Positions 1 through 12,249 of a stretch of 64,000 bases of DNA are shown here, piece by piece. A program made the translations under genes and the position numbers. The first letter of the stretch is position 1; each line of letters starts with the position of its first letter. The notes beneath the pieces were generated by a model. It saw only the letters and a program-made list of their open reading frames with translations, was not told where the DNA came from and did not search any database. Origin of the DNA: Callorhinchus milii (taxonomy: Eukaryota); NCBI RefSeq assembly GCF_018977255.1, contig NW_024704742.1, forward strand, positions 81,966,001 to 82,030,000, read 5' to 3'.

Positions 1-1244
1 ATACGGTCGACCATGCTATCCTCCTCCACCGCTTGTCCTCCCACCTCAACCTTCAAGGCCCTGTCCTTGAGTGGTTTAGGTTGTACCTCTCCCACCGTCT
101 TCATTTTGTTTCCACAAACGGCTTTTCCTCCACCCCCGCACTGTCTCGTGCGGTGTCCCTCAGGGCTCTGTCCTCGGTCCCCTCCTCTTCACCCTCTATA
201 TGCTCCCCCTTGGTGACATCATCCGCAGACATGGGGTTAACTTCCACATGTATGCGGATGACACCCAACTCTACCTTTCCTCCTCTACCCTCAACTCCAC
301 GACCACCGATGTCCTGACAGCTGCCTGTCCGACATCGAGTCCTGGACGAGAGACAACGTTCTTCAGCTCAACGTGCGCAAAACTGAGGCCCTCCTGATTG
401 GCTCACGTCAGTGCCTCCGCACCTCAGGCGCTGACAGCATCAGCATCCAAGGCTGCACTCTCCACCTCTCAAAGACAGTCAGGAACCTCGGCGTTCTGTT
501 CGTCCCTGAGCTGTCCTTTCTTCCTCATATCCGCGCCACAACTGGCACCGCCTTCCATCACCTCCGGAACATCGCCAGACTATGGCACTACCCTCACGCT
601 GCTGAAACCCTGGTCCATGCCTTTATCACCTCAAGGCTGGACTGTGGGAACTCTCTCCTCGCCGCCTTCCCGGCACCTCCCTCCACAAGCTGCAGGTCAT
701 TCAGAACTCTGCAGCTCGTGTACTGTCCCGCACCAGGCTTCGGGACCACATCACTCCCACCCTCGCTCGCCTCCACTGGCTCCCCATCCCCCAGAGGATT
801 GATTTCAAGATCCTCATCCTCACCTACAAGGCCATTCACGGCCTTGCTCCCTCCTACCTCTCCAACCTACTATCCCCCTACCTACCTGCCCGTACCCTCC
901 GTTCCTCTGGCTCCGGTCTGCTCCACGTCCCCCGCCCCAACCGCCCTACCATCGGTGGCCGGGCCTTCAGCCTCTCAGCCCCAGGCTCTGGAACTCCATC
1001 CCCCAGTGCCTTCGCCGCCTCCTCCCTTTCCTCCTTCAAGGCCGGTCTCAAGACCTTTCTCTTTGACCGTGCCTTCAGCTCCCCTCTCGACTCTCTTCCC
1101 CCTCCTCGCTCCCTCCCTTCCCTCCCCTCACCCTGACCATTTCCCCCCTGCTCGGGTCATGACCCAACTGTGCAGCGCCTTGGGACGTCCTCCTGACGTG
1201 AAAGGCGCTTTATAAATGGAATCTTGTTGTTGTTGTTGTTGTTG
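1..1244 (+). mobile_element. L2-clade LINE, 3' part of ORF2 (RT C-terminus, frameshifted) plus 3' UTR and (TTG)n tail; begins before the window
   Basis: [12 protein letters not shown] motif (YADD from 251), then [16 protein letters not shown] and HAFITSRLD split across frames; 3' stem-loop at 1174-1209 followed by a (TTG)n tail. Confidence 0.95.
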
Positions 1245-1586
1245 TTCCTCTGGCTCCGGTCTGCTCCACATCCCCCGCCCCAACCGCCCTACCATCGCTG
1301 GCCGGGCCTTCAACCTCTCAGCCCCTAGGCTCTGGAACTCTATTCCCCAGTGCTTTCGCCGCCTCCTCCCTTTCCTCCTTCAAGGCCGGTCTCAAGACCT
1401 TTCTCTTTGACCATGCCTTCAGCTCCCCTCTTGACTCTCTACCCCCTCCTCGCCCCTTCCCTTCCCTCCCCTCACTCTGACCATTTCCCCCTTGCTCGGG
1501 TCGTGACCCAATTGTACAGCGCCTTGGGATGTCCTCCTGACGTGTAAGGCCCTCTATAAATGGAATCTTGTTGTTGTTGTTGTTGT
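1244..1586 (+). mobile_element. Second L2 3'-end copy in tandem with the first
   Basis: Repeats 901-1244 with scattered substitutions and ends in its own (TTG)n tail. Confidence 0.92.
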
Positions 1587-2490
1587 ACCTGGGCCTCAAT
1601 CTCTTGAATATCGCAACCACAGACAAAGCCATCTCCAATCACCATTTAATCTTCTTAAATTCCTCAATCCCTCTCCCCACTGGCACCAAACCCACCTCCA
1701 ATTCCTATCGCTGCTGGAAATAAATCTCCCCACAATCCCTCTCCGCTGCTCTGGAATCATCTGAACTCCTCCCCTTCTGCCCTACCTGCCGCACTGATGT
1801 ATCCTCCTTGCTCACTCTCCTCCACAAATCCCTTTCCAACACCCTTGATCCTTTGCCCTCCTCACTCCCGAACCAGCTCCCACTCATAAATCTCAACCTG
1901 GTACACCAGCTACCTCCACTTCCTCGTGGGTAAGGTGTGGGCTGCCGAACACATATGGCTCAAGTCTGACCTAATGGTCCACTGGCAGATCTGGCTGGGT
2001 CACATCAAAATGTATCGCTCCGCCCTTGCCTCTGTCAAATCATCCTTCTACTCCAAGATAATCTTGGAGGTGAAGGACAACCCCAGGCTCTTGTTCTCTA
2101 CCACCAACTGGCTCCACCCTACCACACCTCGCCAATTCTCTCCTCAAGCTGTACTGTGAGGAGATACTAGATTTCTTTGAGTCCAAAATTGAAGGGATCC
2201 ATTCAGCTGCCTCCTCCCTCTCAACCGTCAATCCTTCCCCATCTCCCCCCCACACTCTGACCCCTACACATCCCTCCCTCCACATTTTCGAACCTGTCTC
2301 CCCTTCCTCTCTCATCACCACCATATGCAGCATGAAACACAAGACCTGCTCCCTTGACCCTATCCCACCCCTCTCCTTACCTCCCAGCTCTACCTCCTCA
2401 CCCCTCTACTCTCCGACACCATCAATCTCTCCCTTTCATTTGGTACCATTCTCATCACCCTAAAAACAGCTACAATCACCCCCATCTTTT
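1587..2490 (+). mobile_element. Older L2 ORF2 fragment (end of APE endonuclease to start of RT)
   Basis: TDKAISNHHLIF (SDH-like motif), FYSKIILEVKDNPRLLFST and TCSLDPIP, typical of L2 ORF2; many stops. Confidence 0.8.
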
Positions 2491-3230
2491 AAATAATGTT
2501 CTGCGCCTGATACTTTCTGGAATTAGGTAAGCAGGGTGCATCCCTCCAGGGAGAGAGGGTGCATGCCATTCCAACAATCTATCTCTGGGATTTCCACTTG
2601 TACGTGAGATGCATGGAAATCTCAGTTTGGTCTGGATACTCTTAAGCATGGTGATGGGTTTCCACATGCGTCAGACACCTGGCTGCTGACCAAAATAAAA
2701 TGATATACAACCACCGTGAGTAGGTTAGTTTGTGTTCTTCAAGGTCGGTAGCTTTCTACATGTTCCCAGGAGGTGACCTGTTGATCTGGAAGTCAGCCCT
2801 TTTTTTAGACATCCCCAACTATCCACAATGAGGATGTACTGTATTTGGTGGGATATTCTCTGCTTCTCTGTAACTTGGCAGAAGGTACACAGTAATCTTT
2901 CTGAATAATATGCAGACACCTACCTGTGCGGCGTGTGTTAATGCTGCACACTTCACTGCATGCTGGCCAATTTGCCATTAATTCAATTAGCTTTAACTTT
3001 CTTTGAAAGTCTCACATGTGTAACTGCAGTTACTTCCTTGCTCAAATAATTCCAGCAGATTCATGAGGCATGACCCATAGCATCTAAATTCACACATATT
3101 GCTTTTTCTCGTGTCTGTGCTTTTCACATATACATTGATCACCCACAAGTACAGCTCCAACCCAAACTGGTCTATAATTTTCAGGTTTGTGTCATTGCTT
3201 TCTAAACAATGATTTAGCATTCTCTAACCT
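2490..3230 (-). mobile_element. Ancient L1-clade (fish L1/Tx1-like) ORF2 C-terminal relic
   Basis: Minus-strand peptides LELYLWVINV, KKGLTSR..HLL and WKPITMLKSIQTKLR in an order resembling fish L1 ORF2; related DNA at about 13030-13160 and at 30850-30950/32841-32880. Confidence 0.5.
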
Positions 3231-3519
3231 CCATTCGCCCAGATAAAATTGGTTATTCACTTCATGGCCGTTTGTGAGGCTTTGCTGTGGGTATGTTGGC
3301 TGCAACTCTCACCTCCAAAAATAAAGTAATTACACTTTAAAATCAATCCTGTGAAGTGGCCTGAGACATCCTCCTGATGTAAACGACACTATATCAAATT
3401 TGACGATTATTAAATTATTTTCAGCTCCAATTTTTATGGTTCACCCAAAATAATAATCTGTCTTAACCTAACCTAAAAATGTGGAGCAATGTATTTAGAA
3501 TCTGTTCAAGCAAGGTATC

Positions 3520-3945
3520 AGCCCGGCCCAATTGGTAGCACTCTTGCCTCTGAGTCAACAAGTTTGTGGGTTCAATCTCCACCTCCGGACCTTGAACTCA
3601 GTCTAGACTGACTCTGCAGTGCAATACTGGGAGAGGACTACATTATCAGAGCTAGTAAACCTGCGGGTGAGGTGTTAAATCAAGGTCCCGTTTGCCTGTT
3701 CAGGAGGACTTTAAGGATACTGTGACATTATTTTTTAAAAAGGGGAGTTTCTCCTAGTGTCTTGGGCAACAGTCCTCCAGTGAATAATGATCATTCACTT
3801 CATGGCCATTTGTGGAATATTGCTGCGCTTTGACATTGTCTGTCACATTCGTCTACAAAATACACAGTCACTCCACTTTGCAGTGAAGCACTTTGAGACG
3901 GTCTCCTGACATGAAAAGCGCTGAATCAAAGGCAAGCAATAAAGC
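3520..3945 (+). mobile_element. Old tRNA-derived Deu-type (SacSINE1-like) SINE
   Basis: Head GGTAGCACTCTTGCCTCTGAGTCA...GGTTCAA, central GTTAAATCAAGGTCCCGTTTGCC, L2-like tail; a 3' half of the same family lies at about 3240-3415. Confidence 0.75.
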
Positions 3946-4619
3946 AATATAATTATTTATTTTTTAAAGTGAAAACCTGATAGGAATTGCTCGGATTTCA
4001 TCCTGATTTTCAGCATAAATGATTGCTGCAGAAACCTCCGTTCTTTACAAGTAAAATATGACATTTGTAGTTCCATTTTAGAATGTCTATAATTTCGTAA
4101 TTACAATGTTATTCAAAAGCAAACGCTTGTCATGCGTTATTAGAGGTAATTATTGTTTACACCATAAAAATATTTTACACTGGTACTTTACGTTATCCAG
4201 ACTTAAAATTCAACATAGCCTTTCGTAACCTGCCACTGAAAGGAATTATGTGACGTGTGTAATAGAATCAAAAAAAGGTTCCAGCTGCACAGAATACCTC
4301 TGAATAATTTGATCCACTGGCAAAAAAATATTAATAAAATAAAATGGAGGGTAATTACTGTGACTGAAGCAGACAGGAAGGAAGAAAGCTTTAAAAAGGA
4401 TTTAGTGCAATGCTTTTCATTTAATTCAAATTATGTTTGCCTCCTCTACACATGATTCCCTGTGCTCGTGTGCAAAACATACAGTAGAATCCCATTATAA
4501 TATGGGTTCACTTATGTTGGATCCTACCATTCACTCTCCAAAAGGTTCCCCAAATAGGCCAGTGTATGGGAAGTGAGCTGAGCAGCTCCCACACTAAAAC
4601 AATGGCTGACTTCCAGGTC

Positions 4620-4850
4620 ACCAAGCCTGTATGCACATAAAGTGATGATCAATTTTATTTGGGGATTGTTAGCAAGGACAATTCCCTTCTCTTGCCATCA
4701 ATTCCCTTCTCTTGAATCATGCCATCCACCTGAAGAGGCAGATGAGACCTCGGTTCAACATCTCATCCAAAGCACGTGCAACAATGCGGCACATACCCAG
4801 CTCTGCATTGGAGTGTCAGCCTAGCCTATGTAAGATCAAAGTCCCAATGT
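4620..4850 (-). mobile_element. Deu-type SINE fragment
   Basis: Reverse complement of the Deu-type core (GAGACCTCGGTTCAACATCTCATCC on the + strand). Confidence 0.65.
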
Positions 4851-4879
4851 GCTGTTTAATGATATTTCCCTTTCTGATA

Positions 4880-6445
4880 TTTCCTTGGTCTCCAAGACAA
4901 TTTTGGAGCCCTAGGGCAATCCCAGGCTCCTCTTCTCACCATCTCACGCCTCTCCTCCAATGCCAACTGCGAGGTGATGCTGCACTTCCTCAAAACTAAA
5001 GTCAAGGGAATCTGCTCAGCTGCCTCCACCCTCCCAACCGCAACTCCCTCCCAATCTCCCCCCCAGAGTTGTTGCTTCCCAACTTCACTAATTCCTCTCC
5101 CGCCAATTCCCTTCACGAACCCAATCGTGTCATCCACAGCACAAAAACAGCTTTGGATAAAGTGGCGAGTGACATTTTATCCATCTGCGAACAGGGCTAC
5201 TTTTGCCTCCTCGTCTTCCTTGACTTATCCGCTGCCTTCGATACCATTGACTACTCTATACTCCTCCACCGCCTCTCCAATCACCTCAACCTTCATGGTT
5301 CTGTCCTTGAATTGATCCGATCCTACCTCTCAGACCATCTCCACTTCATCTCCATAAACGTTTCTCCTCTAGCCTCCTCACCATCTCATGTGGCGTTTCT
5401 CAAGGCTCTGTCCTTGGACCCCTCCTCATCAATATCCATAAGCTCCCTCCTGGTGATATTATCCACAGACACGAGGTCAACTTCCACATGTATGCAGATG
5501 ACACCCAACTCTATCTCTCTGCCTCCACCCTCAACTCCAGGACCACTGCTGTCCTGATAGAATGTCTGTCAGACATCAAGTCCTGGATGAGAGCCAACTT
5601 TCTTCAGTTGAATGTTAACAAGGCTGAGGACCTCCTGATTACCTCCCATCTGTGCCCTCTTTACCTCAGGCACTGACAGCATCACCATCCAAGGATGCAT
5701 ACTCCACCTTACTAAACTAGTCCAGAACCTTAGCATCTTGTTTTACTCTCAACTATCCTTTCTGCCCCACATCAGTGCCATGACCTGCTCTGCTCCCCCC
5801 CCCCCCCCCTGCAACATTGCCCAGCTCCAACAATGTCTCACACAGCAGGCGGCAGCCGAAACCCTCATACACAGATTCATAACATCCATGCTCGACTATG
5901 CAAACTTCCTTCTTATTGGCCTCTCCAACTCCTCCCTCCATAGGCTGCAGATCATGCAGAAACTTGCAGCACATGTCCTCTCCCGCACCAGGCTCCGTGA
6001 CCCTATCACCCCCATCCTCATCTGACTTCACTGGCTTCCCATCACACAGAGGATGCATTTCAAGATCTTGGTCTTCACCTTCAAAGCCCTCCATGGTCTT
6101 GCTCCCACTACCTCTGCGACCTCCTAACACCCTCCTAACCTGCACGCTTCCTCCGCTCTGCGGGCTCCGGCCAGCTTCATATCCCCCGCCTTGCCCGCCC
6201 CACCATTGCCAGGCTGGCTTTCAGCGACGCTGCCCCCACCCTCTGGAACCCTACATCTCATCCCCTCCTTTGCCTTCTTCAAGACCAGTCTCAAGGTTCT
6301 CCTCCTCGACGGTGCCTTCATCACCCTCCTTCCCCCCTTGCCCTCCACCCTTCCTGATCCTGACACCTCACTCAAATCCAAAACACTGATTGTGTAGCGC
6401 CTTGGGATGTCTTCGCGACAAATATAATTTTGTTGTTGTTGTTAT
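4880..6445 (+). mobile_element. L2 LINE, decayed RT region to 3' tail
   Basis: HSTKTALDKV, LDLSAAFDTID and MYADDTQLY; (TTG)n tail at about 6430-6443. Confidence 0.93.
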
Positions 6446-8099
6446 CTTGCTTTCCTTTGTCTTGTTCCAGTGCTTTGTTAATGTCCCTTTTATTCCCCTG
6501 CTCAAACCAGCATGAAATCAGTTCTCTTCATTTATCTCTCTGTCCGCCATCTGTCCTGTCTGGAGGTGGTTTTGCAATAGTTTCTGTAACGCAGTACTTT
6601 TCCAACATTCGCAGACATTTCTGTGATAGGTAGCTGGCGAAAGTCTGAGTTACTTTTAGATATGCTCGGAAGGTAGGGGAGACATACTAGCAGAAAATAA
6701 CTGAATGATAAATAATCCTTACATTTAATATGGTGCCTTTCACATCAAGAGGGTGTCTCAAAGTGCTTCACAGGATATACTGCAAAGTGCAGTAATTGTG
6801 TATGTATTACGCAAATCAACTTCCAGAGCAATGAAAAATAATCCAAAGGTTTACAGTTTGCAAAGCAACACTGAAAAATGAGGAAACTAATGGTATGGCA
6901 TTTAGATACAATATAATGATATAATGTGAGGGCATAACATATAGACAAAATATAATTCCGGGATGTACCACATTGTTTCAGAATTGCTCTGTATGGAATT
7001 TGCTGTTTGTGTTTATACTCCTTGCATGCGATACAGCGCCTTTCACGTTGGGTAGGAAGTCTCAAAGCAATTCACAGGATTTGTGTAGTGACATGAAGTG
7101 CATAAATAATTTTATCCGAAGGATTGTTGGCTAGGACACTGTGAGAAACTTCTTTCTCTTTTTTTGAGGTACCATGAGAGATAGGCGCTCAAGCACTTCC
7201 CAATTACAAGAAACAACAACAACTTGGATATATTTAGTACCCTTCTCGTGGGTTCGTGTCTCGGACCGCTTAGAAAACTGGGTGTGAATGATTGCTTCTT
7301 CTCCCTCTGTCTTGATTCTTCACTTATTCTCTCTCTTTCTTTCTCTCTCTGCCTTGATTATTCTTGCTCTCTCTTCCTCTCTACCTTTCTCTCTACCATC
7401 ACCCAACCCAACCACACACACAACCATATTTGTTGCAGTTGATTAACTTACTTCGCTGTTCCCTATCATGGGATGCACCTGGATTGGACTTTAGCTTTGG
7501 AGTTTTACTCTAAAACAAAACCCTGTGAAATTTGGTACTTGTTTTAACAAAATATATATTAAAGATTTCCTCCAAATCCCACTGCTTTCGAATTATTATT
7601 GCCATCATTACAGTCAAAATCGGAACCTGGAAATGTTTTCTAAGTGTAATGAGCACGTGTCTCCATGGGTAATCCAAATAATATATCTTTCTAGTTTGTG
7701 CAATAAATCGTTCAATAAACGTGATTGTTTAAAACCTCCCATTTAATAAATGTATCGCTCTATCTGAATTAAGAGCTATGTTTTGCAACTTAATAAAATG
7801 TTACAACTGCACTTGTCGATACTTACATTGAAAGTGCCTTTGCATAATTTTCTCTCATGTCTCATAATTGCTAATTCCTGACGAATTTGGGAAGCAGTCT
7901 TGTGGAAGCACTCTTAATGCCGAGATAAGGACCTCCAAGTGGTCTCATCAAATTATACAATGCAGGTTCTTCAGAGAGATGTGTCAGCTTCTGTGTCTAT
8001 CTTCATCATTGGCTAAATTACCGTGGCCATGGCTTTATATCCAAGCGAATAAGGTCCAGGAGATACCTTATAAATATGTGGAGTGATTTGGATGTTGGT

Positions 8100-8510
8100 G
8101 ACAATTTTAGGAAACAATTTACAGGGGACTGAGGTATGCAGTAGGATAGTACTTCTGTACCACTTTGGTTCAAATCCTGCAAACTGATTAGTTTATACTC
8201 CTCTATATATCAATCAGGGTTTTTATGCTTTAGGGAAACTCGGTTCTCAATGAGTGTGCTCACAGCACAAAACTGTCCTTAATTTGGAATCAAATTAGCA
8301 ATGCTACTTATAGGTCCCACAGCAAGGCTCCAACATAGTGAAGCCCCCAGGGTTTGTGATCCATAAAACCCCAACCTGTATTATAGTAAGGCTTTATAGC
8401 TCGTCTTTATCATTGCCAGTCCGCGCCCTGCGCACAAGTCATTCCTGTGCCAAGTATAAAAATGACCAACTTCTGGGACACTAGGTCGCTGTTGACACCA
8501 CTGTTTACTG
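8100..8510 (+). mobile_element. Highly diverged LF-SINE-like element
   Basis: B-box GGTTCAAATCC, then CACAGCACAAAACTGTCCTTAATTTGGAATCAAATTAGCA resembling the LF-SINE central region as I recall it. Confidence 0.4.
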
Positions 8511-8594
8511 TGTGTATGGAAAGCAGGAAGTGATGCTGGCAATTAATGACCCATAATATGGTTATGTTAGAGCAAAAGTTAGCACGCAGGAAGT

Positions 8595-9340
8595 TAGTCT
8601 GGCTCAGTTGATAGGACTCTCGCCTGTGAGTCAGAACGTTGTAGGTTCAATATAATAATAATAATAATCCTTGCATTTGATATAGCGCTTTTCACGTCTT
8701 CTCAATGTCTCAAAGCGCTTCACAGAATATACTGTAAAGTGAGTTGACCGTATATTTGTGGGCGAAATGCAGCAGCCAATTGCACACAGCAGTGTCCCAC
8801 AAACAGTCATGGATTGAAAATGACTAATTTATTATTGTTTTGTTTTGGAGGGATTATTATTAGGCGTATGGAGTAAGGAAACTTGTCCAAGGTTTCGCCC
8901 TGCCTGGAATTGATAATAATCCTTACATTTGATATAGCACTTTTCATGTCTTCTGAACGTCTCAAAGAGCTTCACAGAATAGACTGTAAAGTGAATTGAC
9001 CGTATATTTGAGGTTCAAGCACTATGTTGGGGCTTGAAACCCACATAGTCTAGGCTAGTAATTCTGTGCTGGGGGTGTGTTACATTGTCAGAGGTGCCGT
9101 CCTTCCACTCTTCAAAAAGATAAAGGTGTTTCTCCTAGCATCCTAGCCAAGATCCTCCAAATAAAATTGGTCACTCACTTCATGGCTGTTTGTAAGATTT
9201 TACTGTGTGCAGTCTGGTTGCTACGTTCACCTACATAACACACAGTTATTACAGTTTACAGTAAATCCAGTGAAGGACTTCAATACATCTTGACAAGGTG
9301 ATAAGGCATGATATCAAATGCAAGGATTATGATTATTATT
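8595..9340 (+). mobile_element. Deu-type SINE interrupted at its B-box by younger SINEs
   Basis: Head at 8595-8650; body resumes at 9011 (GTCAGAGGTGCCGTCC) and runs to a tail at about 9340; AGGTTCAA duplicated at 8643-8650 and 9011-9018. Confidence 0.8.
8651..9010 (-). mobile_element. Younger tRNA/CORE-like SINE (5'-truncated, 8651-8913) plus a second SINE tail (8914-9010)
   Basis: Reverse complement of the family at 50272-50583, with (ATT)n tails. Confidence 0.88.
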
Positions 9341-9429
9341 ATAACAATATTATAAGAGAATTTGTGTTATAATGAGTCGTCACCATGTCACATTTGTGCA
9401 GTAATGGATGTTTTTCTGACCTTAGGGCT

Positions 9430-10950
9430 GAGGCACATTGTGGGGACAGAGGTGGTGCATCTGCAGCTATGGCTGCAATAATGGATGCTGGCACTGGACA
9501 TCTCAAATGAATGAAACTGTTCCATTTTCCAGCTGTAACGTCTCTCACTTCGATCAATACAATATTGACTTGCGCAAAATTTAAAACACTCTCAGCGGTA
9601 CTCACGGGTCAGTGCATAGAACCAGGACCACCATAAGTGTTGATTTATTAATAAATGCAGAGCAAATTCAGCTTAAGATATCATTACAGGGCGTCAAAGG
9701 CTTCTCTTAAGGTCCTCCACTTAACACCGAAGACATAAAAAGCTGGTGAATTCGTATGTCTCAGTACAAAAATGGCATCAGTGAAATGTGACATGAAGGC
9801 CTCTGACTTGAATAACTATTTGGAAGCTTGAGAGCATGTAGCACCCAAAGCTGATCTGCACTGCACTCCAAAGTTAACACCTTCAAAGTTCTCTGCTTCC
9901 CCAGCAGTTTATTCTTTATCTGCAAGAGCTGGATTGTGACACTAAACCCTGAATCCTGATAGAAAAGCTCAGCCTTTGTATTGTACTTGGAATTAAACAC
10001 CCTGATCATATCACCAACCAAGATCTCAGCTCTCAACTGAAGCAGCAACCAACCCTAATCAGAAATCATCCATCTGTGCCCGATTTGTTGAGGTGCAAGT
10101 ACCAGTCAGCATATTTACTTCCTGTGTTCTATGGAAACAGTTTGTGACTGGCGATAGTTCCCTAGATTGCTGAAGTTTTTTTGTGTGTGGGAATGTTGCT
10201 GTTTCAATCTTTTTGAGGGGATGGGGCTCGTCTATGAGACAATACTTTTCCAAATGTAATGTAATGACAGTAAAAGATATGTTTATTTTTGTTCTGTGAC
10301 ATTATTTTTTCTGTATCTCTGGAGTCTTTATGTTTAGTGATGGATTCCATACCTTTATTGCTGATGTATAATGCATCTTCTATAAGATGCAGGATTCAGT
10401 GGAGAATTTAAACTAATATGTGGGAAGAATCAAGATGTGAAATAGAGAGGAAGTGGGGGTGGTTTGGTGGGGGTGTGATAGAAACATGCAGAAAACAAAA
10501 TAACCTTGATTCATGTGGAGTGTAAACACCGGCATGGTGTGATTGAGCTGAATGATCTGTTTCTGTGTCGTAAATTCTTGCTAAATCTTGGTAAGTCTTT
10601 GATTTACTTTGCTCGGTAAATTCAAAAAGCCCTGAGTGTGCACATGGATGCTTTTCATAGTGACAGCCGCAAGATAAAGACATTTTCTATCGAGGGAATC
10701 CAGCTTATTCAGTCCAGCAGCCTGTGCACTCATGCTTTCACTAGAACTTTCAGAATGCACCATGAGTGACCGAACATGTCCAATATGACTGCAGACTGTT
10801 ATATAGGGTGATTATATACTGTGGCATCGTGAAGCCTGACAGTAACCATATGTATAGTTCTAGTGCTGCTTTTAATCATCTGCTTCATGTCTCAATACTG
10901 CCTTCAAACAAATTCCACCTATGAAAACAGGAATTGTCAAGTCAATTTGT
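9430..10950 (-). mobile_element. Degenerate DIRS/Ngaro-type tyrosine-recombinase retrotransposon relic (RNase H followed by YR)
   Basis: Minus strand, in order: AALELYIW, MVHSES, CLYLAAVTMKSIHVHTQGFLNLPSKVNQRL (RNase H-like), then LLQLRAEILVGDMIRVFNSK..VTIQLLQIK..LWVLHALK and AGKWNS (YR-like); stops and frameshifts throughout. Confidence 0.55.
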
Positions 10951-11089
10951 TAAACTGTTTCATTTAACTGGCATTTTCTTTTAACCATATTCAAGTTCAA
11001 ATTATTTTGATCACTTGAGTGTCAAAAAGTCTTTCTACCACTTAAACACTCTAAATCATCCTCTGTGATAGACTTGTTACTTTCCTTTA

Positions 11090-11400
11090 TATAATAATAA
11101 TCCTGGCATTTGATATAGCTCCTTTTCACATCATTGAGACATCTCAAAGCGCTTTACAGAAAATATTGTAAAGTGGACGACTTTGAACTTTGTGGGAGAA
11201 ATGCGGCAGCCAATTGCAAAGCGCCACAAGCAGTCGTGGATTAAGTGATAACATTATAATTATTTTTGAAGGGATTATTTCCCCCAGAAAGAGTTCTGTC
11301 AATTGTCTTAACAACTGGGTTCTTACTGCTGGGTAAACAGAGCCGTGTAGAGTAAGGAAACTTACCTAAAGTTTTGGTTTGCCTCAGCCTGACACTTGAA
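11090..11400 (-). mobile_element. tRNA/CORE-like SINE, long form
   Basis: Family tail plus the extra TTTACCCAGCAGTAAG...CCCAGTTGTT segment also present in the 53290 copy. Confidence 0.8.
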
Positions 11401-11864
11401 AGCATTTTCTAATGATAGGGGTATCACAGATTCATTTAACTTGTGGATTTCTGAATGCCTTCTCTAAAGGTCAAAATGAAACACAAGTTTCTATCTGGTA
11501 ACATTGATCAAAAAATGGATTTAATAATTTCTAGGGCTTGATGCTGTACAGTTATAATTAGTTAAATACAATGTGTACCATTAAATTTAATTCCTGTTGT
11601 TAAAAAAATATTTTTAATAGGTATAATTATGTAAGGTACACATTATCTATTAAATGTATTTAAAATGCCAAAAAATTGTGTGTCCTTTATTCATGTAAGG
11701 TCATTCAGGCTTTTTATTTTAAACACAATTTTGCTCACGGATATCATTTATGTGAATGTTTAAAAATCAAATGTGCCATACATTATTACTAATACTTGCT
11801 AATACTAATAACCACCAACAACAACTTGAATTTATATAGCGTATAATATATTTTTATTTATATT

Positions 11865-11958
11865 TACGGGGGAGTGGTATTGATTTCAAAGATCCGGCAC
11901 AGGCACGATGGGCCGAAGGGCCTCCTTCTGTGCTGCACAATTCTATGGTTCTATGGTA
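11865..11958 (+). mobile_element. CR1 LINE 3' terminus
   Basis: GCACGATGGGCCGAAGGGCCTCCTTCTGTGCTG followed by (TTCTATGG)2. Confidence 0.8.
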
Positions 11959-12249
11959 CCCTCCAGGTCCCTTATGTTTCAAAGCATTTTAAAGCTGTTT
12001 GTTATTCTGAAGACACAATAGCACATCTCAATAGCAATAATTTATGTTTACGCTGTGAAACCTGGAGAGACAGCTTGCCATGTTGATATTTGTGTAAAAG
12101 TGGAGTAATGTAAATTGTTGGCTTTAAACAGCAATGTTTGCATCCTACTCTGGAAATACACATGGCTTTTGATATAATTTTGTAGAATTTGAAGTAACAA
12201 ATGATGAATCAAGAACAATAAACCTCGCTTGTGGTTTATTAAATGCATT

